In this document: piece by piece, positions 7,826-17,032 of the stretch
How the letters are laid out: every line of letters starts with the position of its first letter
How positions within the stretch are numbered: position 1 is the first letter of the stretch
Source: an uncultured Gammaproteobacteria bacterium
Lineage (GTDB): Bacteria; Patescibacteriota; Microgenomatia; Daviesbacterales; UBA10151
Reading direction: 5' to 3'
DNA: 64,000 nt
Assembly: GCA_964551605.1 (NCBI GenBank)
Contig: CAZKCV010000002.1
Location: 8,500 to 72,499 of the forward strand
Position numbers and translations under genes: made by a program
The notes under the pieces: model-generated
What the model saw: the letters and a program-made list of their open reading frames with translations, nothing else
Told to the model about the DNA's origin: nothing
Databases searched by the model: none

Positions 7826-9853
7826 CTAAGGTAAAGTGGGATTAGCATTTTCCGGGATTGATCTTTCGTTGCCGTTGCTGTTCATAAGATAACCATAAGT
7901 TCCCCAGGTACGAGTTCCAAGGCCACTATAAAGTTCGACATTGAAAACAGGTTTAATACGTTGTGTAAGTTTGGTAATTGGTTCTGCATATAACACTCCG
8001 GGAATAGTAACCGGAAGCGGCTGCCACTGGGTTGAGTTACGGTAGTAAACATAATAATTCCCTTGATTAAGGGTTTGGCCGTTTATTGTCCTGGTTTTAT
8101 TGACGGATAAAAGCATAAAACCATTGTTGTTCCTGACATGATCCATCAGTTGTTGCAAATTGGCACCAGTGCCGGGGGAGCCGGCGCTTTGGGTGAATGC
8201 CACTCCTACCAGTGCAACATTATCAGGTGTAGCATTCTCTAAAGACTGGGCTATTTGTAGGGAGTTGTAGTATCCGCTGCCAGCTTGTGCTGCACTTAGG
8301 CCGCTGATGCCATAAGTCCCCCTTGTGTTATCGGCGCTAGTGCCTCTGGTAATTTGTAAACTTTTTAGTTGGGGAGCGGTAGTGGTACAGGTAACAGATC
8401 TGGGAGAACCGGGCAGGAGAGTATGGGTGCCGGAGCCGATATTAATGCCGTAGGCATAGATATTGTGGGATCTGCCGTCCCTAAGGGCATTAGCCGGAAT
8501 GGCATAAGAGAAACCATGGTTGGGATTGCCGCCGCATTGTGCTCCCACAGCTGCCTCTCTAACAACATTAGCCTGGGTGCTGGTTAAAGGGATACCTGCC
8601 CCGGCCGGACCGTCCGCATAGAAATCTACCCTTAGGGAAGCATTGTAATTATCCCCGTCACAGGTCCAGCCGGTGATGGCCGCGCAAGTCCCGCCTTCCA
8701 GATTCCCCACCGGATTATAGGTGGCTTCCCCGTAAATCTGCAGGTTGGCCATATCTCCGGTTGCTGCATTGTAGCCGGAGGTGGGAGGATAACCCGGGGG
8801 AGAATAATAAAAAGTATTAAAGTAGGCCCGGCCAGAAGTATAGGCATTCCGGGTATTGATGCCGTTGATAAAGACATTGCCCTTGCCGCAGAAAGGATTA
8901 TCCAGCCTGACCTGGGAGCCGGAGGTATTGGTGCCGAAAAGGTCAATCTGGCGGGGTTCATTGGGCCGGTCGCAGTTATACCTGCCCTGTTCCCAGTAGC
9001 CGCCTTCTTCAGTATCTCGGCCCTGATCCAGGTGGGATTGCTGGATGGAGAGGAAATACTGCTGGCCGGGAGTAACCGAATTGCCGGGCAGGTTAACTTC
9101 CAGATAATTCCCGCTATTATCCGTTCCCTGCCAAGAGACAGTTTGGGAAGTCCAATTGGGTCCGGTATATTTTGTGGGTAGGCTGTTGGGCGGGGGGCTA
9201 CTCCAGTCAAAGGTAGACTCGCCAAAGATTACACCGCTGCCATATGGTACGCCCCACTGTGACCATTCATCCCGGAGACTCTGGTCAGTAAGCATTTGGT
9301 AAGCCCGGGTCCATTCAAGGGCCCGGGGGCAGGGCCGCTGGGGATCATTAATGATCATTCTTCTTAAGAATAAAGCTTCAATGGAGTTCTGGTCCACTCC
9401 GCAAAGGCTGGCCAAATCATTGGCTAACTCACCACCGATAAAAATCCGTTCCTCCCTGGCTAACATCGGCCCGGTAGGAGAAATAACCGTGGTCCGGCCT
9501 TCATAGCCAAACGGGCTGGATTGTCCTTCGGGAGAAGTAGCCACTTGAGTAGAAGCAGTTGGTTCTCCGGCAAATACAGCCACAGAAACTATCCCACCGG
9601 TGTTGCCTCCGGCATGGCCCAGTTTAAAGTCGGTTAACCTGATCCGGTTGACTTTGACCACTCCCGAAGGGGCGGCAAAGCTTTGGCCGGCCAGGTGGTT
9701 ATCGGTCCAGCCTGCCTCAGTAGTATTGCTGCCGGCCGGACCATTGCCCGGGAAAATTTCAATTTCAGCGGCTGAGGCCGGGGAGGGAAGAATAAGTAAT
9801 ATAAGTAATAAGAATAAACATGTAATGCTGAATAAAGCTTGAAGTTTTTTCAT
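7826..9853 (-). CDS. Hypothetical secreted multi-domain protein with an Ig-like GW..D.D...HGF module
   Basis: Signal peptide MKKLQALFSITCLFLLLILLILPSPASA starting at 9853; Gly/Ser/Thr/Asn-rich body. Confidence 0.75.
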   Translation of the reverse strand: MKKLQALFSITCLFLLLILLILPSPASAAEIEIFPGNGPAGSNTTEAGWTDNHLAGQSFAAPSGVVKVNRIRLTDFKLGHAGGNTGGIVSVAVFAGEPTASTQVATSPEGQSSPFGYEGRTTVISPTGPMLAREERIFIGGELANDLASLCGVDQNSIEALFLRRMIINDPQRPCPRALEWTRAYQMLTDQSLRDEWSQWGVPYGSGVIFGESTFDWSSPPPNSLPTKYTGPNWTSQTVSWQGTDNSGNYLEVNLPGNSVTPGQQYFLSIQQSHLDQGRDTEEGGYWEQGRYNCDRPNEPRQIDLFGTNTSGSQVRLDNPFCGKGNVFINGINTRNAYTSGRAYFNTFYYSPPGYPPTSGYNAATGDMANLQIYGEATYNPVGNLEGGTCAAITGWTCDGDNYNASLRVDFYADGPAGAGIPLTSTQANVVREAAVGAQCGGNPNHGFSYAIPANALRDGRSHNIYAYGINIGSGTHTLLPGSPRSVTCTTTAPQLKSLQITRGTSADNTRGTYGISGLSAAQAGSGYYNSLQIAQSLENATPDNVALVGVAFTQSAGSPGTGANLQQLMDHVRNNNGFMLLSVNKTRTINGQTLNQGNYYVYYRNSTQWQPLPVTIPGVLYAEPITKLTQRIKPVFNVELYSGLGTRTWGTYGYLMNSNGNERSIPENANPTLP

Positions 9854-9911
9854 TAGATTAATTATACTGATGGCTAGTCTTTTGTACAATCTACCCATTT
9901 ACCAATATCTA

Positions 9912-9959
9912 TTGACATAATCCCCTATTTATTATATGATATCCCCCTAGGAGGGATAT
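9912..9959 (+). promoter_or_regulatory. sigma70 promoter with overlapping CsoR-type operator
   Basis: TTGACA(9912)-17 nt-TATGAT(9935); inverted repeat ATATCCC-CCTAGGA-GGGATAT (9939-9959) with the C/G tracts typical of CsoR/RcnR operators, directly before csoR. Confidence 0.75.
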
Positions 9960-10230
9960 GGCATACAGACCTAAAGATACAGAAGAGAGGATTTTACACC
10001 GGTTAAAAATAGCCAAAGGACACTTACAAAAAGTGATCCAAATGGTTGAATCCGGCCATTATTGTATTGATGTAATCCATCAATCCCAGGCTGTCCAACG
10101 GGCTTTGCAGGAAGCTGACGGGTTGGTTTTGGAAAACCATCTCCAAACTTGCGTGGTAGAACATATAAAAAATGGAGAAGCAGATACCTCAATTAAAGAA
10201 ATAATGAATGTGTTTAAGAAAAGCAATTAA
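9958..10230 (+). CDS. csoR: Copper-sensing transcriptional repressor, CsoR/RcnR family
   Basis: RLKIAKGHL...YC..V..Q...LENHLQTC (C-H-C ligand fingerprint); heads the copA cluster. Confidence 0.9.
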   Translation: MAYRPKDTEERILHRLKIAKGHLQKVIQMVESGHYCIDVIHQSQAVQRALQEADGLVLENHLQTCVVEHIKNGEADTSIKEIMNVFKKSN

Positions 10231-10238
10231 CCTGTCTT

Positions 10239-10739
10239 ATGGGTGAAAAGAAGCTTATTATTATATTCGTTGCAATAACAGCCTTAATTCTGGGTGGCGG
10301 CATTTTTGTTCTAAGCAGTTCCTCTCCTCCTGCTAAAATTACTGCTTCCCAAAATGCCAAAGCAGAAGTTTCTGAGAGAACTTTTGATTGGGGTAATATT
10401 CCTTACAGTGGGGAGAAGGCAACTAAAACTTTCACTATTAAAAATAGCGGGAGTGATGCGTTGAAATTAAGTGGGATAAAAACCTCTTGTACTTGTACCA
10501 AGGCTCAAATTTTAATAGAAGGGAAAACCAGCCCTTATTTTAGTATGCATTCTACATCCGGTTGGGTGGGTGAAATACCACCCGGTAAAGAGGCAGAGCT
10601 GCTGGTTATTTTTGACCAGGCTTTTCATGGCCCTAGCGGGGTGGGACCGATTGAAAGGTTGATTTCTCTTAACACAAATGATGTCCAAAACCCCACAATA
10701 GAGTTTTCTTTAAAAGGAGTGGTGGTTAAAGATAAATAA
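10239..10739 (+). CDS. DUF1573-like Ig-fold protein with CxC motif, membrane anchored
   Basis: N-terminal TM; FDWGNI...FTIKNSG..L.L..I.TSCTCT...EIPPG pattern. Confidence 0.7.
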   Translation: MGEKKLIIIFVAITALILGGGIFVLSSSSPPAKITASQNAKAEVSERTFDWGNIPYSGEKATKTFTIKNSGSDALKLSGIKTSCTCTKAQILIEGKTSPYFSMHSTSGWVGEIPPGKEAELLVIFDQAFHGPSGVGPIERLISLNTNDVQNPTIEFSLKGVVVKDK

Positions 10740-10740
10740 T

Positions 10741-11676
10741 ATGAAAAAAACAAAAATACAGGGGATTTTGAATAAAGCAGTGCCTTTGTGGATGGTGATT
10801 GTGATTGTCTTAAACTCCACCATGGTAATGGGGTTTGCCCAGTATTATTTTTTAAGGCAGGAGATTCAAAGGAACCTTCAGGAACTGGCTAAAACCACCC
10901 AAAGTCCCGAGGAGTTAGTTCAGGTTTTAAAACAGGAAGTGTTGCCGCAGGCAGGATATAAAACCTCCTTAAAATGGAAGGATTTAGGGAAGCGATTAGT
11001 GGGGGCGGGAGCAATTGATAAGAAAAAGTATGAAGAAATTTTTGTTTCAGAAGCAGACGGGCAGGATCATATGAAATATCTGGATGGCAGTTGGGAAGAA
11101 AACATGGTCATTAATGAAACAAACTCCCGCTTTATGGTTAATACACTTTGGGCCCTGGGACTTGCTAATAAAAGCAAAGTATTAGATGAAGGTCAAATGA
11201 AAACAGGTGAGACCCCGACTGAGAATTTTGCTTCTACCGGAGGCTGGACTCTGGGGGTAAAGCCGGTTATGGAAATCTATTCTTCAGCCGAGATTATTCC
11301 GCTGACACCAGAGCAGCAGGAATTGGTAAAAAAGATTGCCGAAAATGTTTTCCGGCCTTGTTGCGGCAACTCAACAGCTTTCCCGGACTGTAACCACGGT
11401 ATGGCCGCCTTGGGTTATATTGAGTGGGCTGTTTATAATGGTCTGCCTGAAAACCAGATTTATAAAGATTTATTGGCCTTTAATACTTTTTGGTTCCCGC
11501 AAAATTATGTTGAGATGGCAGTTTTCTTTGATAAAGCCGGCACTAAGTGGAAAGATGTAAATCCTCAAATGGCTTTAAGCCGGGATTATTCTTCCGCCCA
11601 GGGTGCAGCTAAGATTAAGCAATCGATCCAAAATGTACCGGGATTACAAAACCAGGGAGGAGGCTGTGGTGTCTAA
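10741..11676 (+). CDS. Hypothetical membrane-anchored protein with RPCC-x7-DCNHG Cys/His cluster
   Basis: ORF inside the copper cluster; N-terminal TM; C-terminal GGGCGV. Confidence 0.75.
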   Translation: MKKTKIQGILNKAVPLWMVIVIVLNSTMVMGFAQYYFLRQEIQRNLQELAKTTQSPEELVQVLKQEVLPQAGYKTSLKWKDLGKRLVGAGAIDKKKYEEIFVSEADGQDHMKYLDGSWEENMVINETNSRFMVNTLWALGLANKSKVLDEGQMKTGETPTENFASTGGWTLGVKPVMEIYSSAEIIPLTPEQQELVKKIAENVFRPCCGNSTAFPDCNHGMAALGYIEWAVYNGLPENQIYKDLLAFNTFWFPQNYVEMAVFFDKAGTKWKDVNPQMALSRDYSSAQGAAKIKQSIQNVPGLQNQGGGCGV

Positions 11677-12519
11677 ATGGGAATGGAAAATGTCTTGTTT
11701 CAAATTTCTTTGATAGCAGCTTTTGTGGCCGGAATGGTGGCCCTGTTTGCCCCTTGTTGCATCACGTTTTTGTTACCAGCCTATTTAGGCAGTGTATTCA
11801 AAGAAAAAGAGAAGGTTATTCTAATGACCTTGGTATTTGGGGCCGGGATCTTTGTCGTGCTTTTGCCGGCTGTTTTAGGGGTTGCTTTGGTTTCAAAATT
11901 TCTCTTCCGCTACCATGATCTGATTTATATAGTAGGTGGTGTAATTATGCTGGCAGTAGCAGTCACCACCTTTTTGGGAATTAAGCTGCCGATGCCTAAT
12001 TTAAGCGGTGTTAATTCCAGCGGCAAAACCGATGTTGTTTCAATTTTTACCTTGGGGATTGTGTCCGGTATTACCAGTGCCTGTTGCGCCCCGGTCTTAA
12101 TCGGCATTATGACTTTGACCCTTTTATCCCCCACTTTCTTTGGGGCCTTGCTGGTAGGCGGGATGTATGTGTTGGGGATGGTAGTACCACTGCTTTTAAT
12201 TGCACTTTTTCTCTCCGATAAGATGCCTAAGTTTATCTTTTTAAGAAAGCCGATTTTAGATTTGAAAATCTTTGGTAAAAGCTATGCGGTGGTAATGAGT
12301 AATTTGATTGCAGCTGTTGTTTTCTTGATTACCGGGATACTGGCTTTAGTCTTGACAATGACAGGGAAGCTATCTGCGGAGAATATGGATGCATTTACTA
12401 AAACCATTACTAATGCCTTAGGCAGTGTTAATGGGATGTTGGGGAATAATATTTTGATTAATGTATTGTTTGTGGGGGCATTAGCAGCTTTTATTTTTTG
12501 GGTGTCAAAAAAAGTGTAG
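11677..12519 (+). CDS. CcdA/DsbD-type transmembrane thiol-electron transporter
   Basis: FAPCC..LLPAY and SACCAPVL paired TM cysteine motifs; multiple TM segments. Confidence 0.82.
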   Translation: MGMENVLFQISLIAAFVAGMVALFAPCCITFLLPAYLGSVFKEKEKVILMTLVFGAGIFVVLLPAVLGVALVSKFLFRYHDLIYIVGGVIMLAVAVTTFLGIKLPMPNLSGVNSSGKTDVVSIFTLGIVSGITSACCAPVLIGIMTLTLLSPTFFGALLVGGMYVLGMVVPLLLIALFLSDKMPKFIFLRKPILDLKIFGKSYAVVMSNLIAAVVFLITGILALVLTMTGKLSAENMDAFTKTITNALGSVNGMLGNNILINVLFVGALAAFIFWVSKKV

Positions 12520-12543
12520 TATGGATTATGAGGGGGTGAGAAT

Positions 12544-12888
12544 ATGGCAATAAAAAATAATGGTAATAGTCCGGTCGCTTATCTAATAATAGCAGTATTG
12601 GTTGGTGGTTTAATTGGCTTTTTTGTTGGTCAAAATAACAGACCATTTTCAGCAGGTTACATGAACCAAACTGCCTCTATGATGCGTGATAACGGTTCCA
12701 ATATGATGCAAATGGGAAAGATGATGATGAACTCCGGTCAGATGATGCAGCAAAAGGGTCAAACATACGATGATCAGGAAATGATGCAGAACGGTAAGGA
12801 GTTGGAAGAGAATGGCTCGATGATGCAAAACAAGGGTGATGGCATGATGGAACGAGGTAACGGCATGATGCAAATGATGGGACAATAA
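12544..12888 (+). CDS. Methionine-rich membrane-anchored small protein (putative Cu-binding)
   Basis: N-terminal TM, then 21 Met in the last 75 residues; SD-like GAGGGGGTGA upstream. Confidence 0.75.
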   Translation: MAIKNNGNSPVAYLIIAVLVGGLIGFFVGQNNRPFSAGYMNQTASMMRDNGSNMMQMGKMMMNSGQMMQQKGQTYDDQEMMQNGKELEENGSMMQNKGDGMMERGNGMMQMMGQ

Positions 12889-12906
12889 TCGAGAAAGGAG
12901 GTAAAA

Positions 12907-13170
12907 GTGTTAAACGCAAAAGTTTTTGCGAATGCAGCTGCTGCGGTAATGGCTATTTGGGTAGTTGTTTGTGCTCTATTGGCATACACAGCACCGGATT
13001 TATTATTTGCAGTTTCAGCGTCCTGGACGCATACCATTAATCTGGAAGCGGTCAGGTCAACCTTTAACCCAAATCCGGTTTCATTAATTTTGGGATTTGT
13101 AAGTGCAGTAGGATTAACTTGGGTGACAACATACGGGGTAATTTGGTTATATAACCGTTGGGTAAAGTAA
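12907..13170 (+). CDS. Small 2-TM membrane protein (DUF5676-like)
   Basis: WVVVCAL..P..., WTH..., LYN pattern; SD AAGGAGG before GTG. Confidence 0.65.
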   Translation: MLNAKVFANAAAAVMAIWVVVCALLAYTAPDLLFAVSASWTHTINLEAVRSTFNPNPVSLILGFVSAVGLTWVTTYGVIWLYNRWVK

Positions 13171-13187
13171 TTGACTGAAAGGAGATT

Positions 13188-13550
13188 ATGTTAAGTATAG
13201 ATGAAATAGTAGTGGGTTTTTTCGGCCTTTTTGGGATAGTTTTTACCTTTTGGTTTTTTCTGATGAAAAAGGAAAAGGAAGTACAAACCCAAGGAGAAGT
13301 AGATATAACAGTGTCCGGCGGCTATTCACCGGAAGTGATTTCCGTGGCCCGGGGTAAAACTACGAAAATTAATTTTATCAGAACTGATCCGACTGATTGT
13401 CTGGAGGAGGTAGTGCTGTCTGATTTTAAGATCAGAAAACAGTTGCCGCTTAATAAAAAAGTCAGCATAGAAATTACACCGCAGAAAGCCGGGGAATTTG
13501 GGTACGCTTGTGGTATGAATATGTACCACGGAAAGATTGTGGTTAGGTGA
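13188..13550 (+). CDS. Membrane-anchored cupredoxin (CupA-like copper chaperone)
   Basis: TM followed by GGYSP...C...[10 protein letters not shown] cupredoxin motif; directly upstream of copA. Confidence 0.85.
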   Translation: MLSIDEIVVGFFGLFGIVFTFWFFLMKKEKEVQTQGEVDITVSGGYSPEVISVARGKTTKINFIRTDPTDCLEEVVLSDFKIRKQLPLNKKVSIEITPQKAGEFGYACGMNMYHGKIVVR

Positions 13551-15745
13551 TGGAAACGAAGATATTTCAAATTAAAGGAATGCACTGTGCTTCGTGCATC
13601 CGGGTGATTGAGAATTCCATTAAGAAGATCCCGGGGGTTAGCGAAGCTCTGATCAGTTTAGTAACCGAAAAAGCTACCGTGACTTTTGATTCATCTGCAG
13701 TTAAAGATGAACAAATTACCTCTGCTGTATCAAAAGTGGGTTATAAAGCCTTTCTGGAAGAAGAGGTAAGGTCGGAGGATGAAGAGAAAAAAGAAAAACA
13801 AAAAGAGCTTTTCAGCCTAAAAAAGAAAGCATTTATTTCTCTTTTTTTGGCAGCCTTAATTGTCTGGGGCAGCTTTCCTTTTTTGGAACAATTTGCTCCC
13901 CCGCTATTAAAAAACTTCTGGTTCCAGTTGATTTTGGCTTTACCGGTCCAATTCTGGGCCGGATTTATGTTTTATAAGGCTACACTTCCGGCTCTCCGGC
14001 ATCGGACAGCAAATATGGATACTTTAATTGCCATTGGTACTTCAGCTGCCTTTGGTTATTCCCTGGTAGCCACTGCTTTCCCGCAAGTAATCGCAAGCAC
14101 CGGGATTGAGCCGATGCCTTATTTTGATGTGTCAGCGGTAATTATTGGCTTGATTTTGCTGGGCAGGTATTTCGAAGCCAAAGCTAAAGCCGGCACCTCG
14201 GAAGCGATAAAAAAACTAATCGGTTTGCAAGCTAAAACCGCCCGGGTACTGTTGAATGGTAAAGAGGTGGATGTGCCGATTGATCAGGTAGTGATCGGGA
14301 ATGTTATCCGGGTGAGACCGGGAGAAAAAATCCCGGTTGACGGCAAAGTTAAAGAGGGGCAATCAGCGGTGGATGAATCAATGATTTCCGGGGAAAGTAT
14401 TCCGGTGGAGAAGCAAAAAGGAGATTTGGTGATTGGCGGCACCATTAATAAAACCGGGAGTTTTACTTATGAGGCTACTAAAGTCGGCAGTGATACCATG
14501 TTGGCTCAGATTATCAAGCTGGTCCAGGAAGCTCAGGCCAGTAAGGCGCCAATTCAGCGGCTGGTTGATTTAATTTCTTCTTATTTTGTGCCAATTGTCA
14601 TAATGCTGGCCATAGCTACTTTTACTATCTGGTATATTTTTGGTCCGAATCCGGCTTTCCTTTTTGCCCTTTTAAATTCAGTGGCGGTTTTAATTATTGC
14701 CTGTCCTTGTGCCATGGGACTGGCTACTCCGACTGCCATCATGGTAGGTGTAGGTAAGGGGGCAGAGCAGGGTATTTTAATTAGAAATGCCGAAGGCTTA
14801 GAGATCGCTCATAAGATAAATACTGTAATTTTTGATAAGACCGGAACATTAACAAAAGGTAAACCGGAAGTGACGGATGTTGTCGGTAATGTATTGCAAC
14901 TGGCTGCATCACTTGAGAAGGGATCTGAGCATTCTTTGGCAGAAGCCATCGTTAAAAAAGCTGAAGAAGATAAAGTTACCTTAAAAAAAGTAGATAAGTT
15001 TAAAGCTGTACCCGGGCATGGTGTGGAAGGCCGGATTGATGGAGAGTTCGTAGTTTTAGGAAACCGCAGGTTAATGAATAGGGAAAAAATCAAAATTAAT
15101 GAAAAAGAGGTAGAAAAGCTGGAGAGTGAAGGTAAAACCGTGATGATGCTTGGAGTGGCCGGGAAACTAGCGGGATTGATTGCGGTGGCAGATACTGTCA
15201 AGGAAACTTCTAAAAGTGCAATTAAGACACTGTCTCAAATGGGGATAGAGACGGTCATGATAACCGGAGATAACCAGCGGACTGCCCAGGCTATAGCTAA
15301 GCAAGTAGGCATTAAGAGGGTGTTAGCAGAAGTCCTGCCGGATCAAAAAGAAGCAGAAGTAAAAAAGATTCAGGCAGAGGGTAAGGTGGTAGCTATGGTA
15401 GGGGATGGGATTAATGATGCCCCGGCCCTGGCTGCCTCAAACATAGGTATTGCCATGGGGTCCGGGACTGATGTGGCAATGGAGGCTGCAGGCATTACAT
15501 TAGTAAGTAAGGATTTAAATGCTGTTGCAAGTGCTATTACCCTTTCCAAGAAAACCATGAGGACAATAAAACTTAACCTTTTCTGGGCTTTTGGGTATAA
15601 TATAACTTTGATTCCAGTTGCCATGGGAGTGCTATATCCTTTCTCCGGGATTTTATTAAATCCCATTTTAGCTTCAGCCGCCATGGCAATGAGTTCTATA
15701 TCAGTTGTTAGCAACTCTTTGTTGCTAAAGAAAGTGAAAATATAA
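13547..15745 (+). CDS. copA: Cu(I)-translocating P1B-type ATPase
   Basis: GMHCASC HMA domain, [22 protein letters not shown] and MAMSS motifs. Confidence 0.95.
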   Translation: MMETKIFQIKGMHCASCIRVIENSIKKIPGVSEALISLVTEKATVTFDSSAVKDEQITSAVSKVGYKAFLEEEVRSEDEEKKEKQKELFSLKKKAFISLFLAALIVWGSFPFLEQFAPPLLKNFWFQLILALPVQFWAGFMFYKATLPALRHRTANMDTLIAIGTSAAFGYSLVATAFPQVIASTGIEPMPYFDVSAVIIGLILLGRYFEAKAKAGTSEAIKKLIGLQAKTARVLLNGKEVDVPIDQVVIGNVIRVRPGEKIPVDGKVKEGQSAVDESMISGESIPVEKQKGDLVIGGTINKTGSFTYEATKVGSDTMLAQIIKLVQEAQASKAPIQRLVDLISSYFVPIVIMLAIATFTIWYIFGPNPAFLFALLNSVAVLIIACPCAMGLATPTAIMVGVGKGAEQGILIRNAEGLEIAHKINTVIFDKTGTLTKGKPEVTDVVGNVLQLAASLEKGSEHSLAEAIVKKAEEDKVTLKKVDKFKAVPGHGVEGRIDGEFVVLGNRRLMNREKIKINEKEVEKLESEGKTVMMLGVAGKLAGLIAVADTVKETSKSAIKTLSQMGIETVMITGDNQRTAQAIAKQVGIKRVLAEVLPDQKEAEVKKIQAEGKVVAMVGDGINDAPALAASNIGIAMGSGTDVAMEAAGITLVSKDLNAVASAITLSKKTMRTIKLNLFWAFGYNITLIPVAMGVLYPFSGILLNPILASAAMAMSSISVVSNSLLLKKVKI

Positions 15746-15746
15746 T

Positions 15747-16778
15747 ATGGATCTTTGGATAGTATTTTTAACCGGTTTAACAGTTGGAGGAGTTAGTTGC
15801 ATGGCGGTGCAAGGGGGGTTACTGGCATCCACCATTGCAGCCAGGGAAGAAGAAGATATCCGGGCAGGTGTTAATCATAAGCATACAGTTTGGCCTACCT
15901 TGGCTTTTTTAGCTACCAAGTTTATTGCCTATATAATCTTAGGATTCATTCTGGGTAGTTTTGGCTCGGCCCTGGCTCTATCTGATGGTGCCAGAATTGT
16001 GACGCAGATGCTGGCTGCCTTGTACATGATTTTGGTAGCGCTGAATCTTTTAAATGTCCATCCGATCTTTAGGTATGTGATTATTCAGCCGCCTCGGTTT
16101 TTAACCCGAATGGTCAGGAATCAATCCAAAAGTAAAGATTTATTTGCCCCGGCCTTTTTAGGAGCCATGACGGTTTTTATCCCCTGTGGGACTACTCTAG
16201 CTATGGAGGCTTTTGCCATCTCTTCCGGCAGCCCTTTTTTAGGTGCTGCCATCATGGGGGTATTCGTCCTGGGGACTGCCCCGTTATTTTTCGGGCTGGG
16301 GTTCTTAACCACCATTTTAGGTGATGCATTCAGAACCAAGTTTTTAAAAATAGCCGGGGTAGTTGTACTGTATTTAGGGATTACCTCTTTAAACGGAGCT
16401 TTGGTGGTAGCCGGCTCCCCCATTAATCTACAAACCATTGCTGATAGCTCCCCTATTCAGATAGATTTAGACGGAGGAGGAGAAGAGCAAACAGGGCTTG
16501 AAGTAGTTGGTGGCGTGCAGGAAGTAGATGTTCAGGTTTTGCCCGGCGGCTACAGTCCCGATTATGTTCAGCTTCAAGTTGGTGTGCCTGTTCGCATGAC
16601 TTTAACTGCCGGTAGCAGAATAGGCTGTGCCTCTCAGTTTAGGATTCCCAGTTTAGGGATAGCCAGGAATTTGGGACCAAATGAAGTAACTACTATTGAA
16701 TTTACTCCTGAAAAGAAGGGCAAAATAATCGGCACCTGCTCAATGGGAATGTATTACATGATTATGGAGGTAGTTTAG
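15747..16778 (+). CDS. DsbD_2/TauE-like membrane protein fused to a C-terminal cupredoxin
   Basis: SCMAVQGG and FIPCG TM cysteines; C-terminal GYSP...GC...TCSMGMY. Confidence 0.8.
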   Translation: MDLWIVFLTGLTVGGVSCMAVQGGLLASTIAAREEEDIRAGVNHKHTVWPTLAFLATKFIAYIILGFILGSFGSALALSDGARIVTQMLAALYMILVALNLLNVHPIFRYVIIQPPRFLTRMVRNQSKSKDLFAPAFLGAMTVFIPCGTTLAMEAFAISSGSPFLGAAIMGVFVLGTAPLFFGLGFLTTILGDAFRTKFLKIAGVVVLYLGITSLNGALVVAGSPINLQTIADSSPIQIDLDGGGEEQTGLEVVGGVQEVDVQVLPGGYSPDYVQLQVGVPVRMTLTAGSRIGCASQFRIPSLGIARNLGPNEVTTIEFTPEKKGKIIGTCSMGMYYMIMEVV

Positions 16779-16993
16779 TGAAAAAGAAATTTAAGATTAC
16801 CGGCATGCACTGTTCTTCCTGTGCCATGACTATAGATATGGATTTGGAAGACCTGGAAGGGGTAAATAAGTCCCAAACCAGTTATGCCAAAGCAGAAACA
16901 GAAGTAGAGTTTGATCAGGGTAAGATCACTGATGATCTGATTCTCCAAACAATCAAAAAATCCGGCTACGGTGCATCTCCTGTTGATTTTTAA
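16778..16993 (+). CDS. copZ: Copper chaperone (HMA domain)
   Basis: 71 aa with GMHCSSC and C-terminal GY. Confidence 0.88.
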   Translation: MKKKFKITGMHCSSCAMTIDMDLEDLEGVNKSQTSYAKAETEVEFDQGKITDDLILQTIKKSGYGASPVDF

Positions 16994-16997
16994 GACC

Positions 16998-17025
16998 ATA
17001 CCCTATACCCTATACCCTATACCCT
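16998..17025. repeat. Tandem heptamer (ATACCCT)x4
   Basis: Four perfect copies between the copZ stop and the pfkB-like start. Confidence 0.95.
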
Positions 17026-17032
17026 AATTTTT

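Noticed and set aside
8365-9842. Several alternative-frame ORFs inside the 7826..9853 gene, and similar shadows inside lon, hppA, copA and secA
   Set aside because: Fully overlap well-supported genes and lack motifs; expected by-products of codon bias.
12649-12885. His-rich minus-strand ORF (MSHHLHH...) as a metal-binding protein
   Set aside because: It is the antisense shadow of ATG-rich codons (CAT) in the Met-rich gene.
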